Below, piece after piece: positions 35,278 to 44,805 of a stretch of 64,000 nt of DNA (positions are counted from its first letter, which is position 1; each line of letters opens with the position of its first letter). Source of the stretch: Patescibacteria group bacterium (GTDB lineage Bacteria > Patescibacteriota > Minisyncoccia > Phycocordibacterales > UBA9973). Position numbers and translations under genes: made by a program. Under the pieces are notes generated by a model. It did no database searches. It was not told the DNA's origin and was given only the letters and a program-made list of their open reading frames with translations. The stretch covers positions 152,586 to 216,585 of the forward strand of contig JAZJXT010000001.1 in assembly GCA_040390725.1 (NCBI GenBank), given 5' to 3'.

Positions 35278-37985
35278 TGATAAGCCTTAATGAAATTAAA
35301 AATCGAGCAGTTACTTTTTCAAAAGAGTGGGAACGCGAAGTAAGTGAAGATGCAGAAGCTAAAAGCTTTTGGGATGGATTTTTTGATGTGTTTGGTATGT
35401 CTCGTCGCCGCGTGGCTTCTTTTGAGCATCAAGTAAAAAAGCGTGATGGCTCTCAAGGATATATAGATGTATTTTGGAAGGGTGTAATGCTTGCCGAACA
35501 TAAATCTCGCGGTAAAAGCTTGGATAAAGCATTTACTCAAGCAAAAGATTATTTTCCTGGACTTAAGGAAGATGAATTACCAAGATATGTAATAGTTTCA
35601 GATTTTGAAAAAATTAGAGTTTATGATTTAGATAAAGAAACTGAAAAAGAATTTTCACTAGGGGATCTTTCAAAGAATATAGATTTATTTGATTTTATTT
35701 CTGGACATAATTCTATTGTTGATTATGCAAAAGAAGAAATGGCAAGCATTAAAGTTGCTCGCCTTATGGCTGATTTTCATAATGAAATTGCTAAGACGGG
35801 TTATTCTGGGCATGATTTAGAAGTATTTTTGATTAGAATTTTATTTTGTCTTTTTGCAGATGATACTGAAATTTTTCCAAAAAATAGTTTTAAAAATTAC
35901 ATAGAAACTAAGACAAATATAGACGGCTCTGACTTAGGTTTACACTTAGGTCAAATTTTTGATGTTTTAAATACTCCAAATAATAAACGACAAACAAATT
36001 TAGATGAACAGTTAAAGCAATTTCCGTATATCAATGGTGGAATTTTTTCTGAACAGATACGCCCAGTATCTCTTGATGCCGGAGCACGCTTGAAACTCAT
36101 AATATGTTGTAATGCTGATTGGTCAGAAATATCCGCTTCAATTTTCGGATCTTTGTTTCAGGGTGTTATGAATGAAAAGGAGAGACGACAGCTTGGTGCG
36201 CATTATACATCTGAAGCCAATATTTTAAAACTCATACACCCTCTTTTTCTTGATGAGCTTTATATAGAATTCGATGAAGTAAAATATGATATAAAAAAGT
36301 TAGATATTTTCCATAAGAAACTTACCACGTTAACTTTCTTAGATCCCGCCTGTGGTTGTGGTAATTTTTTGGTGGTGGCATACAGAGAACTTCGTAAATT
36401 AGAACTCGAGGTTTTGAAACGAAAAGATAAAATAGGTCAAATGATGCTTTTGGGTGCGCAAGATTTATCTATTGTAAATGTGAATCAATTTTATGGCATA
36501 GAGATAGAAGAATTCCCGACGCTTGTCGCTCGCGTAGCTATGTATTTAGTTGACCATCAAATGAACACGGAACTTTCAAAAACATTTGGGCACGTGTATG
36601 CTCGTATTCCGCTACGTGAACCGGCAAGTATAGTAAATGATGATGCTCTTACTACTGATTGGGAAAGTGTTGTTCCAAAAAATAAACTTTCTTATATTCT
36701 TGGTAACCCACCATTTATAGGTAGTAAATTAATGTCTGAACAGCAACGAAAAAATCTTATTGCTTGTTTTGATAATAATGATGGTGTAGGTGTTCTTGAT
36801 TTTGTTACAGCGTGGTATGCAAAGGCTGCAAAATATATTAATGATACCGATATAAAAGTTGCTTTTGTTTCCACGAATTCTATATCACAAGGTGAACAAG
36901 TTGGTATACTTTGGAGCTATTTAAATACTTTTAAGATTGAAATTCAATTTGCCCATCAAACTTTCAAGTGGAATAATGATGCACCGGGCGTCGCTGCTGT
37001 TTTTTGTGTAATTATTGGTTTTAGTAATAAAAATAAAAATGAAAAATATCTTTATGAGTATGAAAATGTAAAATCTGAACCGAAAGAAAGCATGGTGTCT
37101 CATCTTAATGCCTATTTAGTAAAAGGAGATGATGTTTTTATAAAAAAAAGATCAAAACCTATATGTGAAGTGCCTGAAATGAGTTTCGGCAATATGCCTC
37201 TTGATGGTGGTAATTTATTGTTTACAAATTCAGAAAAGGAAGAATTTATACTGAATGAACCAGGGGCAGAAAAATTTATTCGTCCACTTATTAGTGCAAA
37301 AGAATTTTTGAATAATGAAAAACGGTGGTGTTTATGGCTTGTAGGAGTAGAACCACAAAAATTAAGAGAAATGTCTTTGGTATTAGAACGAATTCAAAAA
37401 GTAAAAGAATTTCGTGAAGCAAGTGTTGCACCTTCTACTAAAAAATTTGCATCAATTCCAAGCCTTTTTAGAGATAAAAATAATCCGGATTCTACTATTG
37501 TTATTCCTAGAGTTTCTTCAGAAAATAGAAAATATATACCTATGGGATTTTTTACTAAAGAATCAATTGTAAGTGATACTTGTATGTCTTTACCAAATGG
37601 AAATTTGTATCATTTCGGAATTTTAGAATCAGATATGCATATGATATGGGTTAATTATACTTGTGGAAGATTAAAAAGTGATTATCGCTATTCAAAAGAT
37701 ATTGTTTATAATAATTTTCCTTGGCCGGAATTTAAAGAAGTTGTTTTAACAAATGAAGCTAAATTCAAAGTTTCTGAATGCGCGCAAGCTGTTCTTGACG
37801 CAAGGGCTAGGTTTCCAAATAGCTCACTTGCGGATTTGTATGATTCGAATACTATGCCACCGGATTTAGTAGAAGCACATAATAATCTAGATAGGGCAGT
37901 GGATGCCTGTTATGGTAGAAAGTTTAAAAACAAAGAGGAGAGAATAGAATTTTTGTTTGAGTTGTATAAGGTGTATACTAAATGA
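35278..37985 (+). CDS. MmeI-family Type IIL (IIG) restriction-modification enzyme (endonuclease plus N6-adenine methyltransferase plus TRD in one polypeptide)
   Basis: The N-terminus FSKEWERE..AKSFWDGFFDVFGMSRRRVASFEHQVKK...LPRYVIVSDFEKIRVYDL closely parallels MmeI. MTase motif I is LDPACGCGNFLVVAYRELR and motif IV is ILGNPPFIGS. The track start 35145 is rejected. Confidence 0.85.
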
Positions 37986-37986
37986 T

Positions 37987-38208
37987 ATGGAAACAAGAAT
38001 GAATTTCAATGAAATATTTAATACTCACGTAGACGGTTCTATTGAACCGCGTCGTCTAATTCAAGTTGGGGGAGTATCTTTTGGTCCAGGTGTTAGATTT
38101 AATAGAGGTGTTTCTTTTTCAGGAATAGATTTTTCTCTTTTTATAGGTAGGGAGTTTCAAGTTAGAGATGAAAATGGAGTAATAAATATACTAGGTGTTT
38201 TTCAATAA
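37987..38208 (+). CDS. Hypothetical small protein (74 aa)
   Basis: ORF starting METRMNFNEIF immediately after the RM gene stop. Confidence 0.35.
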   Translation: METRMNFNEIFNTHVDGSIEPRRLIQVGGVSFGPGVRFNRGVSFSGIDFSLFIGREFQVRDENGVINILGVFQ

Positions 38209-38214
38209 ATTTTT

Positions 38215-38553
38215 ATGTCAAAATCACAAGAACAACCTGAATTTAAGATTAATGAGTTAAGGATAATTTCTGAGGCAGTTAATCAATCAAAAGATTATGC
38301 AAAATCTTATTCTGATGATAAAGTAAAAAATATTAATTGGTTAATGGCTGGTGTTGTTATTGTTTGCTTACTTGGTTTCTTGCAATTAATTATTGATTCT
38401 TTTCATATAAATTCTGCAACTTATAAGGAGTATTCTCAAAAAACTGAAGAGATAGAAACTACACAAAAAATTAATAAAGAGTTATTAGATAAAAATATTA
38501 AAAATCAAGAAATTATAATTGACTTACTACGGAAACAATCTTTTAAAGAATAA
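38215..38553 (+). CDS. Hypothetical membrane/coiled-coil protein
   Basis: 112 aa with a central TM (NWLMAGVVIVCLLGFLQLII) flanked by charged helical segments. Confidence 0.4.
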   Translation: MSKSQEQPEFKINELRIISEAVNQSKDYAKSYSDDKVKNINWLMAGVVIVCLLGFLQLIIDSFHINSATYKEYSQKTEEIETTQKINKELLDKNIKNQEIIIDLLRKQSFKE

Positions 38554-38583
38554 TATAATGGTAAAAAAAGATGAAAAAATTGT

Positions 38584-39426
38584 ATGAAAATAGAAATCAT
38601 ACAATCGCTTGTAAATAATTTTGAATCTTATGCCAAAAAAACTGAAGAAGGTGTGGAATTTTGGCTTGCTAGAGATTTGCAACAACTTTTAGGATATGAC
38701 AAGTGGGATAATTTTTTGAATGTGATTTCAAAAGCTAAAATTGCTTGCGAAAATACAGGACACAATACTTCTGATCATTTTGCCGACGCTGGGAAAATGA
38801 TAGATTTAGGTAAGGGGGCACAAAGAGAAGTCTCAGATATAATGCTTACGAGATATGCTTGCTATTTGATTGCTCAAAATGGTGATCCAAGAAAAGAGGA
38901 AATTGCTTTTGCTCAGAACTATTTTGCACTTCAAACTAGGAAATTTGAAATTATTGAAAAAAGAATTCAAGAGTTTGAAAGAGTGAAGGCACGTCACAAA
39001 CTTTCTGAAACAGAAAAAGAATTATCTAGTGTTATTTTTCAACAAACTCGTAGCGATAAAAATTTCGCTCTAATTCGCAGTAAGGGAGATAAGGCTCTTT
39101 TTGGATACGGAACAAGTGAAATGAAATTGAAATTAGGTGTTCCTCAAGGTAGAGCCCTTTCTGATTTTCAACCAACTATTCTTTTGAAAGCAAAAGATTT
39201 TGCAACAGAAATTACAATTTTTAATACAAAAGCAAAAAATTTAAGAACAGAACAGTCGATTTCAGACGAACATATTATAAACAACAGGAGTGTTCGAAAA
39301 ACACTCCTGTCTCGTGGTATTAGACCTGAAAGTTTACCAAAAGAAGAAGATATTAAAAAAGTAGAACGAAAATTGTCATCTGATGAAAAGAAAAATTTAA
39401 AGAAACCAGATAAGCTTAAAAAATAA
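38584..39426 (+). CDS. DNA-damage-inducible protein D (DinD) homologue
   Basis: EFWLARDLQQLLGYDKWDNF..SDHFADAGKMIDLGKGAQREVSDIMLTRYACYLIAQNGDPRKEEIAFAQNYFALQTRK aligns by eye with the E. coli DinD N-terminal half. Confidence 0.7.
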   Translation: MKIEIIQSLVNNFESYAKKTEEGVEFWLARDLQQLLGYDKWDNFLNVISKAKIACENTGHNTSDHFADAGKMIDLGKGAQREVSDIMLTRYACYLIAQNGDPRKEEIAFAQNYFALQTRKFEIIEKRIQEFERVKARHKLSETEKELSSVIFQQTRSDKNFALIRSKGDKALFGYGTSEMKLKLGVPQGRALSDFQPTILLKAKDFATEITIFNTKAKNLRTEQSISDEHIINNRSVRKTLLSRGIRPESLPKEEDIKKVERKLSSDEKKNLKKPDKLKK

Positions 39427-39481
39427 TATTAAAATAGATTTACATAAAATAAAAAAGTCAAAGTTATCCATAAGTATTATT

Positions 39482-40030
39482 ATGCAAACCCTCAAACAAC
39501 TAAACGGACTTTTTTATCGGGTGCGGAATACGGCGCGGGGGAGGAAAGTTTTGATAAGTATTGCGGGGGATGGGGCGGTGAATGTATCGAAAGGCTCGCG
39601 GGTGAGTTTGGAAAGTGTGGAGAAAATAATGCGGGAGAAGTTTGATTGGATTATGAGCAAGGTGTCGGAGCAGAAGGCTAAACCGCAGAAAATATTGGCG
39701 CATTATTCGGTGAAGGATTTCAGGGAGAATAAGAATCGGGCGCATGTACTAGTACGTGATAGGTTGGAATTTTTTAATAAATTCTATGGTTATAAAATAG
39801 GGAGGGTGAGCATACGCAATCAAAAATCGCGCTGGGGAAGCTGTTCCGGAAAAGGAAATTTGAGTTTTAATTACAAAATAGTTTTCTTGCCTCTCGAGCT
39901 CGCTGACTACATAATAGTGCACGAGCTTTGCCATTTAAAAGAGATGAATCATTCCGTAAAATTCTGGTCCCTCGTCGCCGAACAAATCCCGGATTATAAG
40001 CAGAGAAGAAAATCCATAAAATTATATTAA
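39482..40030 (+). CDS. DUF45 / YgjP-like zinc metallopeptidase (M48/WLM-like)
   Basis: ..YKIVFLPLELADYIIVHELCHLKEMNHS..FW contains an HExxH zinc-binding motif in the YgjP family context. The 5' half of the gene is conspicuously G-rich. Confidence 0.65.
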   Translation: MQTLKQLNGLFYRVRNTARGRKVLISIAGDGAVNVSKGSRVSLESVEKIMREKFDWIMSKVSEQKAKPQKILAHYSVKDFRENKNRAHVLVRDRLEFFNKFYGYKIGRVSIRNQKSRWGSCSGKGNLSFNYKIVFLPLELADYIIVHELCHLKEMNHSVKFWSLVAEQIPDYKQRRKSIKLY

Positions 40031-40057
40031 AATTTCGGCAGTAATGTTTTTTAATTT

Positions 40058-40088
40058 ACTTATTCGTACGAATAGGTAAATGGAGGTT
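40058..40088. promoter_or_regulatory. Palindromic operator-like site 1 (TATTCGTACGAATA plus GGTAAATGG) upstream of the ArsR-family gene
   Basis: A perfect 14-bp palindrome read directly; the same extended motif occurs at two other sites. Confidence 0.55.
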
Positions 40089-40108
40089 TTAGTGATATTA
40101 TTATATAT

Positions 40109-40369
40109 ATGAAAGATCATGAAAAAATATTAAAGGCTTTGGCAAATCATCGGCGTTTAAAGATTTTAAAATATCTTAGGGATAAAAAAATTGCTTCAGT
40201 GTCTATTCTTGCTGAACATTTGAATTTATCCTTTAAATCAACATCAAAACATCTTGCCGTATTATTCGGAGCGGGGATTGTGGAAAAAGAACAAAAGAAT
40301 CTTTCTATGCTTTATTCACTAGCGAATCCTTTGCCAAAAGTTGCAAAACAAGTTATTGGGCTTATTTAA
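40109..40369 (+). CDS. ArsR/SmtB family winged-helix transcriptional regulator
   Basis: LKALANHRRLKILKYL....ASVSILAEHLNLSFKSTSKHLAVLFGAGIV. Confidence 0.7.
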   Translation: MKDHEKILKALANHRRLKILKYLRDKKIASVSILAEHLNLSFKSTSKHLAVLFGAGIVEKEQKNLSMLYSLANPLPKVAKQVIGLI

Positions 40370-40404
40370 GATAATCATATTTATTTGGGTTTTAGTTGTA
40401 TTTA

Positions 40405-40435
40405 CCTATTCGTACGAATAGGTGTATGGTAAATA
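40405..40435. promoter_or_regulatory. Palindromic operator-like site 2 (CCTATTCGTACGAATAGG plus TGTATGGTAAATA)
   Basis: Perfect 18-bp palindrome between the ArsR gene and the downstream small-ORF operon. Confidence 0.55.
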
Positions 40436-40490
40436 CATTATCAGAAAAAGAGTCTCAAGTGTGCTGGACTGATACATTAGCTTGACGTGC

Positions 40491-40506
40491 AGAGAGAGAG
40501 AGAGAG
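40491..40506. repeat. (AG)8 dinucleotide microsatellite in the 5' region of the 40547 operon
   Basis: agagagagagagagag read directly. Confidence 0.8.
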
Positions 40507-40546
40507 TAATATTAGCCTATTACAAATTAGGCTTTATTTTAATTTT

Positions 40547-40699
40547 ATGACAGACGAAGAAATAAAAAATCTCACTCAAAAGGTGAAAGATGGCACAGCG
40601 ACACCCGAAGAAGAGCTTTCGTTCTTGCAAATCTTGAACGAATCTCTGGAAGGTCTTCAGGCTATTATTACACAAGCTAAATTGGCGAAAGCCGAATAA
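40547..40699 (+). CDS. Hypothetical small protein (50 aa)
   Basis: MTDEEIKNLTQKVKDG...; the track start 40487 lies inside the (AG)n tract and is rejected. Confidence 0.35.
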   Translation: MTDEEIKNLTQKVKDGTATPEEELSFLQILNESLEGLQAIITQAKLAKAE

Positions 40700-40703
40700 T
40701 TTT

Positions 40704-41174
40704 ATGAGAGAACTATTTGGACAAGAAAAAGCTATTTTAAAGAAATCTCCTGAGGAACAAACCCCAGACGAAATACGGTATTTAGCAATTATTGAAGATG
40801 CAAATAAGGCAAATATTAATATTGAAAAATTAAAACAACAAATTATTGATGCTGGTGGTCCAGAGGCTGTAGAAGAAAAATTCGGTGGTGGATATGGAGA
40901 TCATATTGTAAAAACAAAGTTAGAAAATTCAGATTATTTCGAAAAAGTTAGAAATTGGTTGATTCCAGTATCAACAATAGCATTAGTTTTAGCTGGTGGA
41001 AATGAGGCATCCAGAAATCCAGAGGGTGTGCCGTCTTTACTTGAAGCTTTAACGTTTATCTTAGGTAGCGGTGGAATGCTTAGTGGAGTACTTGCTGAAA
41101 TTGAAAGACGTGCTTCTAAGAAAACAGCAATGGAGACAGACATTAAAATGCGGATGGTTGAGGTGAAAGAATAA
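40704..41174 (+). CDS. Hypothetical protein
   Basis: ORF of 156 aa with a C-terminal hydrophobic segment. Confidence 0.4.
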   Translation: MRELFGQEKAILKKSPEEQTPDEIRYLAIIEDANKANINIEKLKQQIIDAGGPEAVEEKFGGGYGDHIVKTKLENSDYFEKVRNWLIPVSTIALVLAGGNEASRNPEGVPSLLEALTFILGSGGMLSGVLAEIERRASKKTAMETDIKMRMVEVKE

Positions 41175-41233
41175 AAACATTAGTAAAATTACTAATAGTA
41201 TTTTAGGGTTAAAATAATATTTTTATAAATCTT

Positions 41234-41398
41234 ATGACCAAAGAAGAACAAGTCAAAAAAATAAAGGAAATAATGCAAAAAACTTTAGCTAAGTTGAATG
41301 ATTTAAAATTGAAACACAAAAATGCTATGAAAGCGTATTTAGAAGAAAAAAGACAAAACAAAATAAACTCGATTAAAAAAGATTTATTATCAAAATAA
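41234..41398 (+). CDS. Hypothetical small coiled-coil protein (54 aa)
   Basis: MTKEEQVKKIKEIMQKTLAKLNDLKLKHKNAMKAYLEEKRQ... fills the gap between annotated ORFs and is not in the track (under 60 aa). Confidence 0.3.
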   Translation: MTKEEQVKKIKEIMQKTLAKLNDLKLKHKNAMKAYLEEKRQNKINSIKKDLLSK

Positions 41399-41412
41399 TT
41401 ATTAAAAAATTT

Positions 41413-42588
41413 ATGGGAAATGAAAGGTTTAATCAAATACAATCATTACAAGAACAAGGCGGGGAAGATGCCATTAAAAAGCTTCAGGAAATTCAAACAG
41501 AAGCTGAACTTGGTTTTGAAGGAGACGTAGAAAAAGCCGCAGCTGATGCAATTGAGGCGATAAATAATGCAGGAAAGGCAACAACAGAAGGAATAGAAAA
41601 CGAAGCTCAAAATACTGCCAATAAGGCAGAATCTATGGGTGGAACAACACAAGAAGTTAATGAAGTTTCTGGGCCTATTGAAAATGAAGTTAGTGGTGCA
41701 GTTGAGACTGGCAATGAAGAAGTTGTATCTGTGAATACATCAAAGGATGCAGAAGTTGACGGAGAGCATCAACTTGAAAGTAAAAAACAGGAAAAGTTTA
41801 ATCAATTTCAAAAATGGTTTGATGAAGAATCTAAGAAAAAATCAGAAAATCCAGAAAGTTTGGTTAATAGAATATCAAAATCATCTGAAGGGTATAAAGA
41901 AATATTAAATGAGCAAATAAATAATCTTAGTACTAGTTCATCTGATTATAATTTAAAAAATAAATTTAATACAACACGTGAAGAGTTGGAGTTATCATTA
42001 CCTGAATTATACCAAAAGGGAGTGCTCTCAGAGGATAGATATGCATACTATATTAAAATGCAATCTCTAGATGGGAATAATTTACAGATTCAAAAGTTAA
42101 ATCAATTTGTGGAAAATACTCCTTCAGAAGTACTCAATAAACTTAGAAGTAAAGATCAGAACTTAAAGTCACTTCTTGATAATTGGAACGAATCAATTAG
42201 TAAAGAAATTGGTAAGGAATTAGGTAATAAAACAGAATTAAATTCTGGGACAGAAACTTTTCGTGAGCCGGAAAAATTATTAAACTTAGTTTCTAGCGCA
42301 GCGCGTTTTCAAAATAAAGATAAGGTGAAGGAAACTGTTGCAAAAGTTGTAGATGCATATTTAACGTCAAGTAGTAATTTAGGTAAAATTAGGAGTAAAC
42401 AAGATACTTTTCCTGTTTTAGAAAATTTATGTCAAGCAGGATTTTCTGATCAGGCTTTAAAAATAGCAGAAAAAGGAATTACGCAGGGGAGTCTTGGCTA
42501 TAGCGCTATTTTTCAGCTTAAGCAAAAGGGGTATATTTCTGAAGTTCAAGCTAAAGATCTTTTGGAAAAAGTTGGAAAATTAAATTAA
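41413..42588 (+). CDS. Hypothetical protein with an acidic disordered N-terminus and a helical C-terminal domain
   Basis: ORF of 391 aa with no known motif. Confidence 0.4.
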   Translation: MGNERFNQIQSLQEQGGEDAIKKLQEIQTEAELGFEGDVEKAAADAIEAINNAGKATTEGIENEAQNTANKAESMGGTTQEVNEVSGPIENEVSGAVETGNEEVVSVNTSKDAEVDGEHQLESKKQEKFNQFQKWFDEESKKKSENPESLVNRISKSSEGYKEILNEQINNLSTSSSDYNLKNKFNTTREELELSLPELYQKGVLSEDRYAYYIKMQSLDGNNLQIQKLNQFVENTPSEVLNKLRSKDQNLKSLLDNWNESISKEIGKELGNKTELNSGTETFREPEKLLNLVSSAARFQNKDKVKETVAKVVDAYLTSSSNLGKIRSKQDTFPVLENLCQAGFSDQALKIAEKGITQGSLGYSAIFQLKQKGYISEVQAKDLLEKVGKLN

Positions 42589-42622
42589 AATCTTGAGGAA
42601 AAAATAGAAAGTTAATTATGTT

Positions 42623-42655
42623 CTTATTCGTACGAATAGGTAAATGGTAAATAAG
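42623..42655. promoter_or_regulatory. Palindromic operator-like site 3 (TTATTCGTACGAATAGG plus TAAATGGTAAATA) upstream of ychF
   Basis: Same motif as sites 1 and 2, about 50 bp upstream of the ychF start. Confidence 0.55.
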
Positions 42656-42702
42656 AAAAAAGTAAATTTTGAAAATCTGCACATTTCTGCTATATTTTAG
42701 CA

Positions 42703-43704
42703 ATGTCATTAAGTATAGGAATTGTGGGGTTACCGAACGTGGGGAAGTCCACGCTTTTTAATGCGCTGACTAAGAAGGGGGTGCCGGCGGAGAATTATCC
42801 TTTTTGTACTATTGATCCGTCTGTGGGCATTGTGCCTGTGCCGGATGAACGCGTGGGCAAGCTTGCTGACTTTTCTAAAACAAAAAAAACAATTCCGGCG
42901 GTGATAGAATTTGTGGATATTGCGGGGCTCGTCGCGGGAGCTTCCAAGGGTGAAGGCTTGGGTAATAAATTTCTTTCAAATATTCGCGAAGTGGATGCGA
43001 TACTGGAAGTCGTGCGCGTGTTTGAAGATAAAGACATCATTCACGTGGCGAACAAAGTGGACCCGCTCCAAGATATTTCTGTGATAAATCTGGAACTCAT
43101 TTTAGCTGATTTGGAAACTGTGACAAAAAGACTTTTGAATATTAATCGCGAGGTGAAACGAGGCGATAAAGAATCCGTCGCAGAAGATGCCGTTTTGAGA
43201 AAAGTGGAAAAAGTTTTAGGGGATTCGAAGATGGCAAATTCTTTAGAACTTGATCCGAAGGAACAAGAAATTTTAAAAAGCATGCATTTACTTTCTGCCA
43301 AGCCGATACTATATGCGCTCAATGCTTCGGAAGTCGCGGAGAATGTGATTGAAAAAGTGGCGCAAAATATTCCGGGGAAATATGTCGTCATCGATGCCGT
43401 GTTTGAAAAAGGTTTTGATGAAATGATACGAGCGAGTTATGACTTGCTCGGGCTGGAAACATTTTTAACAACTGGAGTCGAAGAAACTCGCGCGTGGACT
43501 ATAAAAAAAGGAAGTACTGCACCGATAGCCGGCACTGCGATACATACGGATTTTAAAGATAAATTTATCCGCGCGGAAGTTGTGGCTTGTGATGATTTAC
43601 TCGAAGCTGGTTCATACGCCGAAGCTCGCGCCAAAGGCAAAGTCCGTACCGAAGGCAAGGAATATATAGTCAAAGATGGGGATGTGATTGAGTTTAAGAT
43701 ATAA
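42703..43704 (+). CDS. ychF: Ribosome-binding ATPase YchF
   Basis: GIVGLPNVGKSTLFNALT, ..FVDIAGLV.GAS.GEGLGN.FL, and a TGS-like C-terminus (..VKDGDVIEFKI). Locally GC-rich. Confidence 0.9.
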   Translation: MSLSIGIVGLPNVGKSTLFNALTKKGVPAENYPFCTIDPSVGIVPVPDERVGKLADFSKTKKTIPAVIEFVDIAGLVAGASKGEGLGNKFLSNIREVDAILEVVRVFEDKDIIHVANKVDPLQDISVINLELILADLETVTKRLLNINREVKRGDKESVAEDAVLRKVEKVLGDSKMANSLELDPKEQEILKSMHLLSAKPILYALNASEVAENVIEKVAQNIPGKYVVIDAVFEKGFDEMIRASYDLLGLETFLTTGVEETRAWTIKKGSTAPIAGTAIHTDFKDKFIRAEVVACDDLLEAGSYAEARAKGKVRTEGKEYIVKDGDVIEFKI

Positions 43705-43705
43705 A

Positions 43706-44803
43706 ATGTTTAAAAAAGTATTTTTATTTTATTTGAGTTATCTGGTGGCGTTGACTTATAGTCAGACGCTTTTGATGCTTTGGTTTTTAACCAACGGAGT
43801 TTCTTATTTGCAGATGTTATTTTATTTCTTAGTTCTTTATGTGTCGGTCTTGGTGACATTTTTTTTACTGCGCAATATAAATTTCTCCAGCAAGTTTGCT
43901 CTTGTTTTTGGGGTGACGACGAGCGCCTTGGGGGTATTGGTGGCTAATTTTATGACACAGCCTGCACATATATTTATCACGGCAATTTTGTTTGGTTTCA
44001 ATATCGTTTTCTTTTGGACAATATACAATTCTCTTCATTTTAAATACAGCCAGAGTAATGAGAATGGATACAAAAGTGGAGCGTACTTTTTATTTATGCC
44101 GATATTTTCCGCAGTGCTTGCGCCCCTGGCTGGCTTTGTGGCGACGAAGCTAGGCTATCACTTTTTATTTTTAAGCGGAATTGTTCTGTATATTTTGCCT
44201 TTTTATTTTGCTTTTCATATGCCGAAGTTTGATTTTAAATTTAATTTCATAAATTCAGCTCGTAATATGGAGAACAAATTATTGATTGCATTTCAAGGGT
44301 ATAATGAAATGTTGAGTTATAACATCGTGCCCATATTTACTTTATTTTTTATAAATACGCCTGGCAAGCTCGGCAATTTCTTTGGCTATTTGGCTATACT
44401 TTCCGCAGTCACGGCTTTTTTAAATTCTAAAATTTCCGACAAGTTTAAAAATCGTAAGTTATTTTTTTATTTATTTATCAGCTTGCATTCTCTGAGTTAC
44501 ATACCGCTCGCGCTTGTAAATTCGTTGGCAGGATGGAGAATATTTGCCGGTATCAGTAATTTTACTTTTGGACTAGCGAATCCGTTTAATTTAGCTCTTG
44601 CCGTGGATCATGCAAAAGGGGAAACAGTAGACACAATGCTCGGCAGGGAGATTTATTTGAATTCCGGAAGAGTGGTGATGATTTTGGTTGCGCTTACTGT
44701 ATTTTTCTTTTCTCATTCTTTGAAGGTGGCATTGTTATTAAGTGTCTTGGCCTCATTGCTTTACCCAGTAGTTGCTTATTTTAAAAAAGTTTATTTAAAA
44801 TAA
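43706..44803 (+). CDS. Polytopic membrane protein (possible transporter)
   Basis: About 10-12 predicted TM helices; no diagnostic motif. Confidence 0.4.
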   Translation: MFKKVFLFYLSYLVALTYSQTLLMLWFLTNGVSYLQMLFYFLVLYVSVLVTFFLLRNINFSSKFALVFGVTTSALGVLVANFMTQPAHIFITAILFGFNIVFFWTIYNSLHFKYSQSNENGYKSGAYFLFMPIFSAVLAPLAGFVATKLGYHFLFLSGIVLYILPFYFAFHMPKFDFKFNFINSARNMENKLLIAFQGYNEMLSYNIVPIFTLFFINTPGKLGNFFGYLAILSAVTAFLNSKISDKFKNRKLFFYLFISLHSLSYIPLALVNSLAGWRIFAGISNFTFGLANPFNLALAVDHAKGETVDTMLGREIYLNSGRVVMILVALTVFFFSHSLKVALLLSVLASLLYPVVAYFKKVYLK

Positions 44804-44805
44804 AA

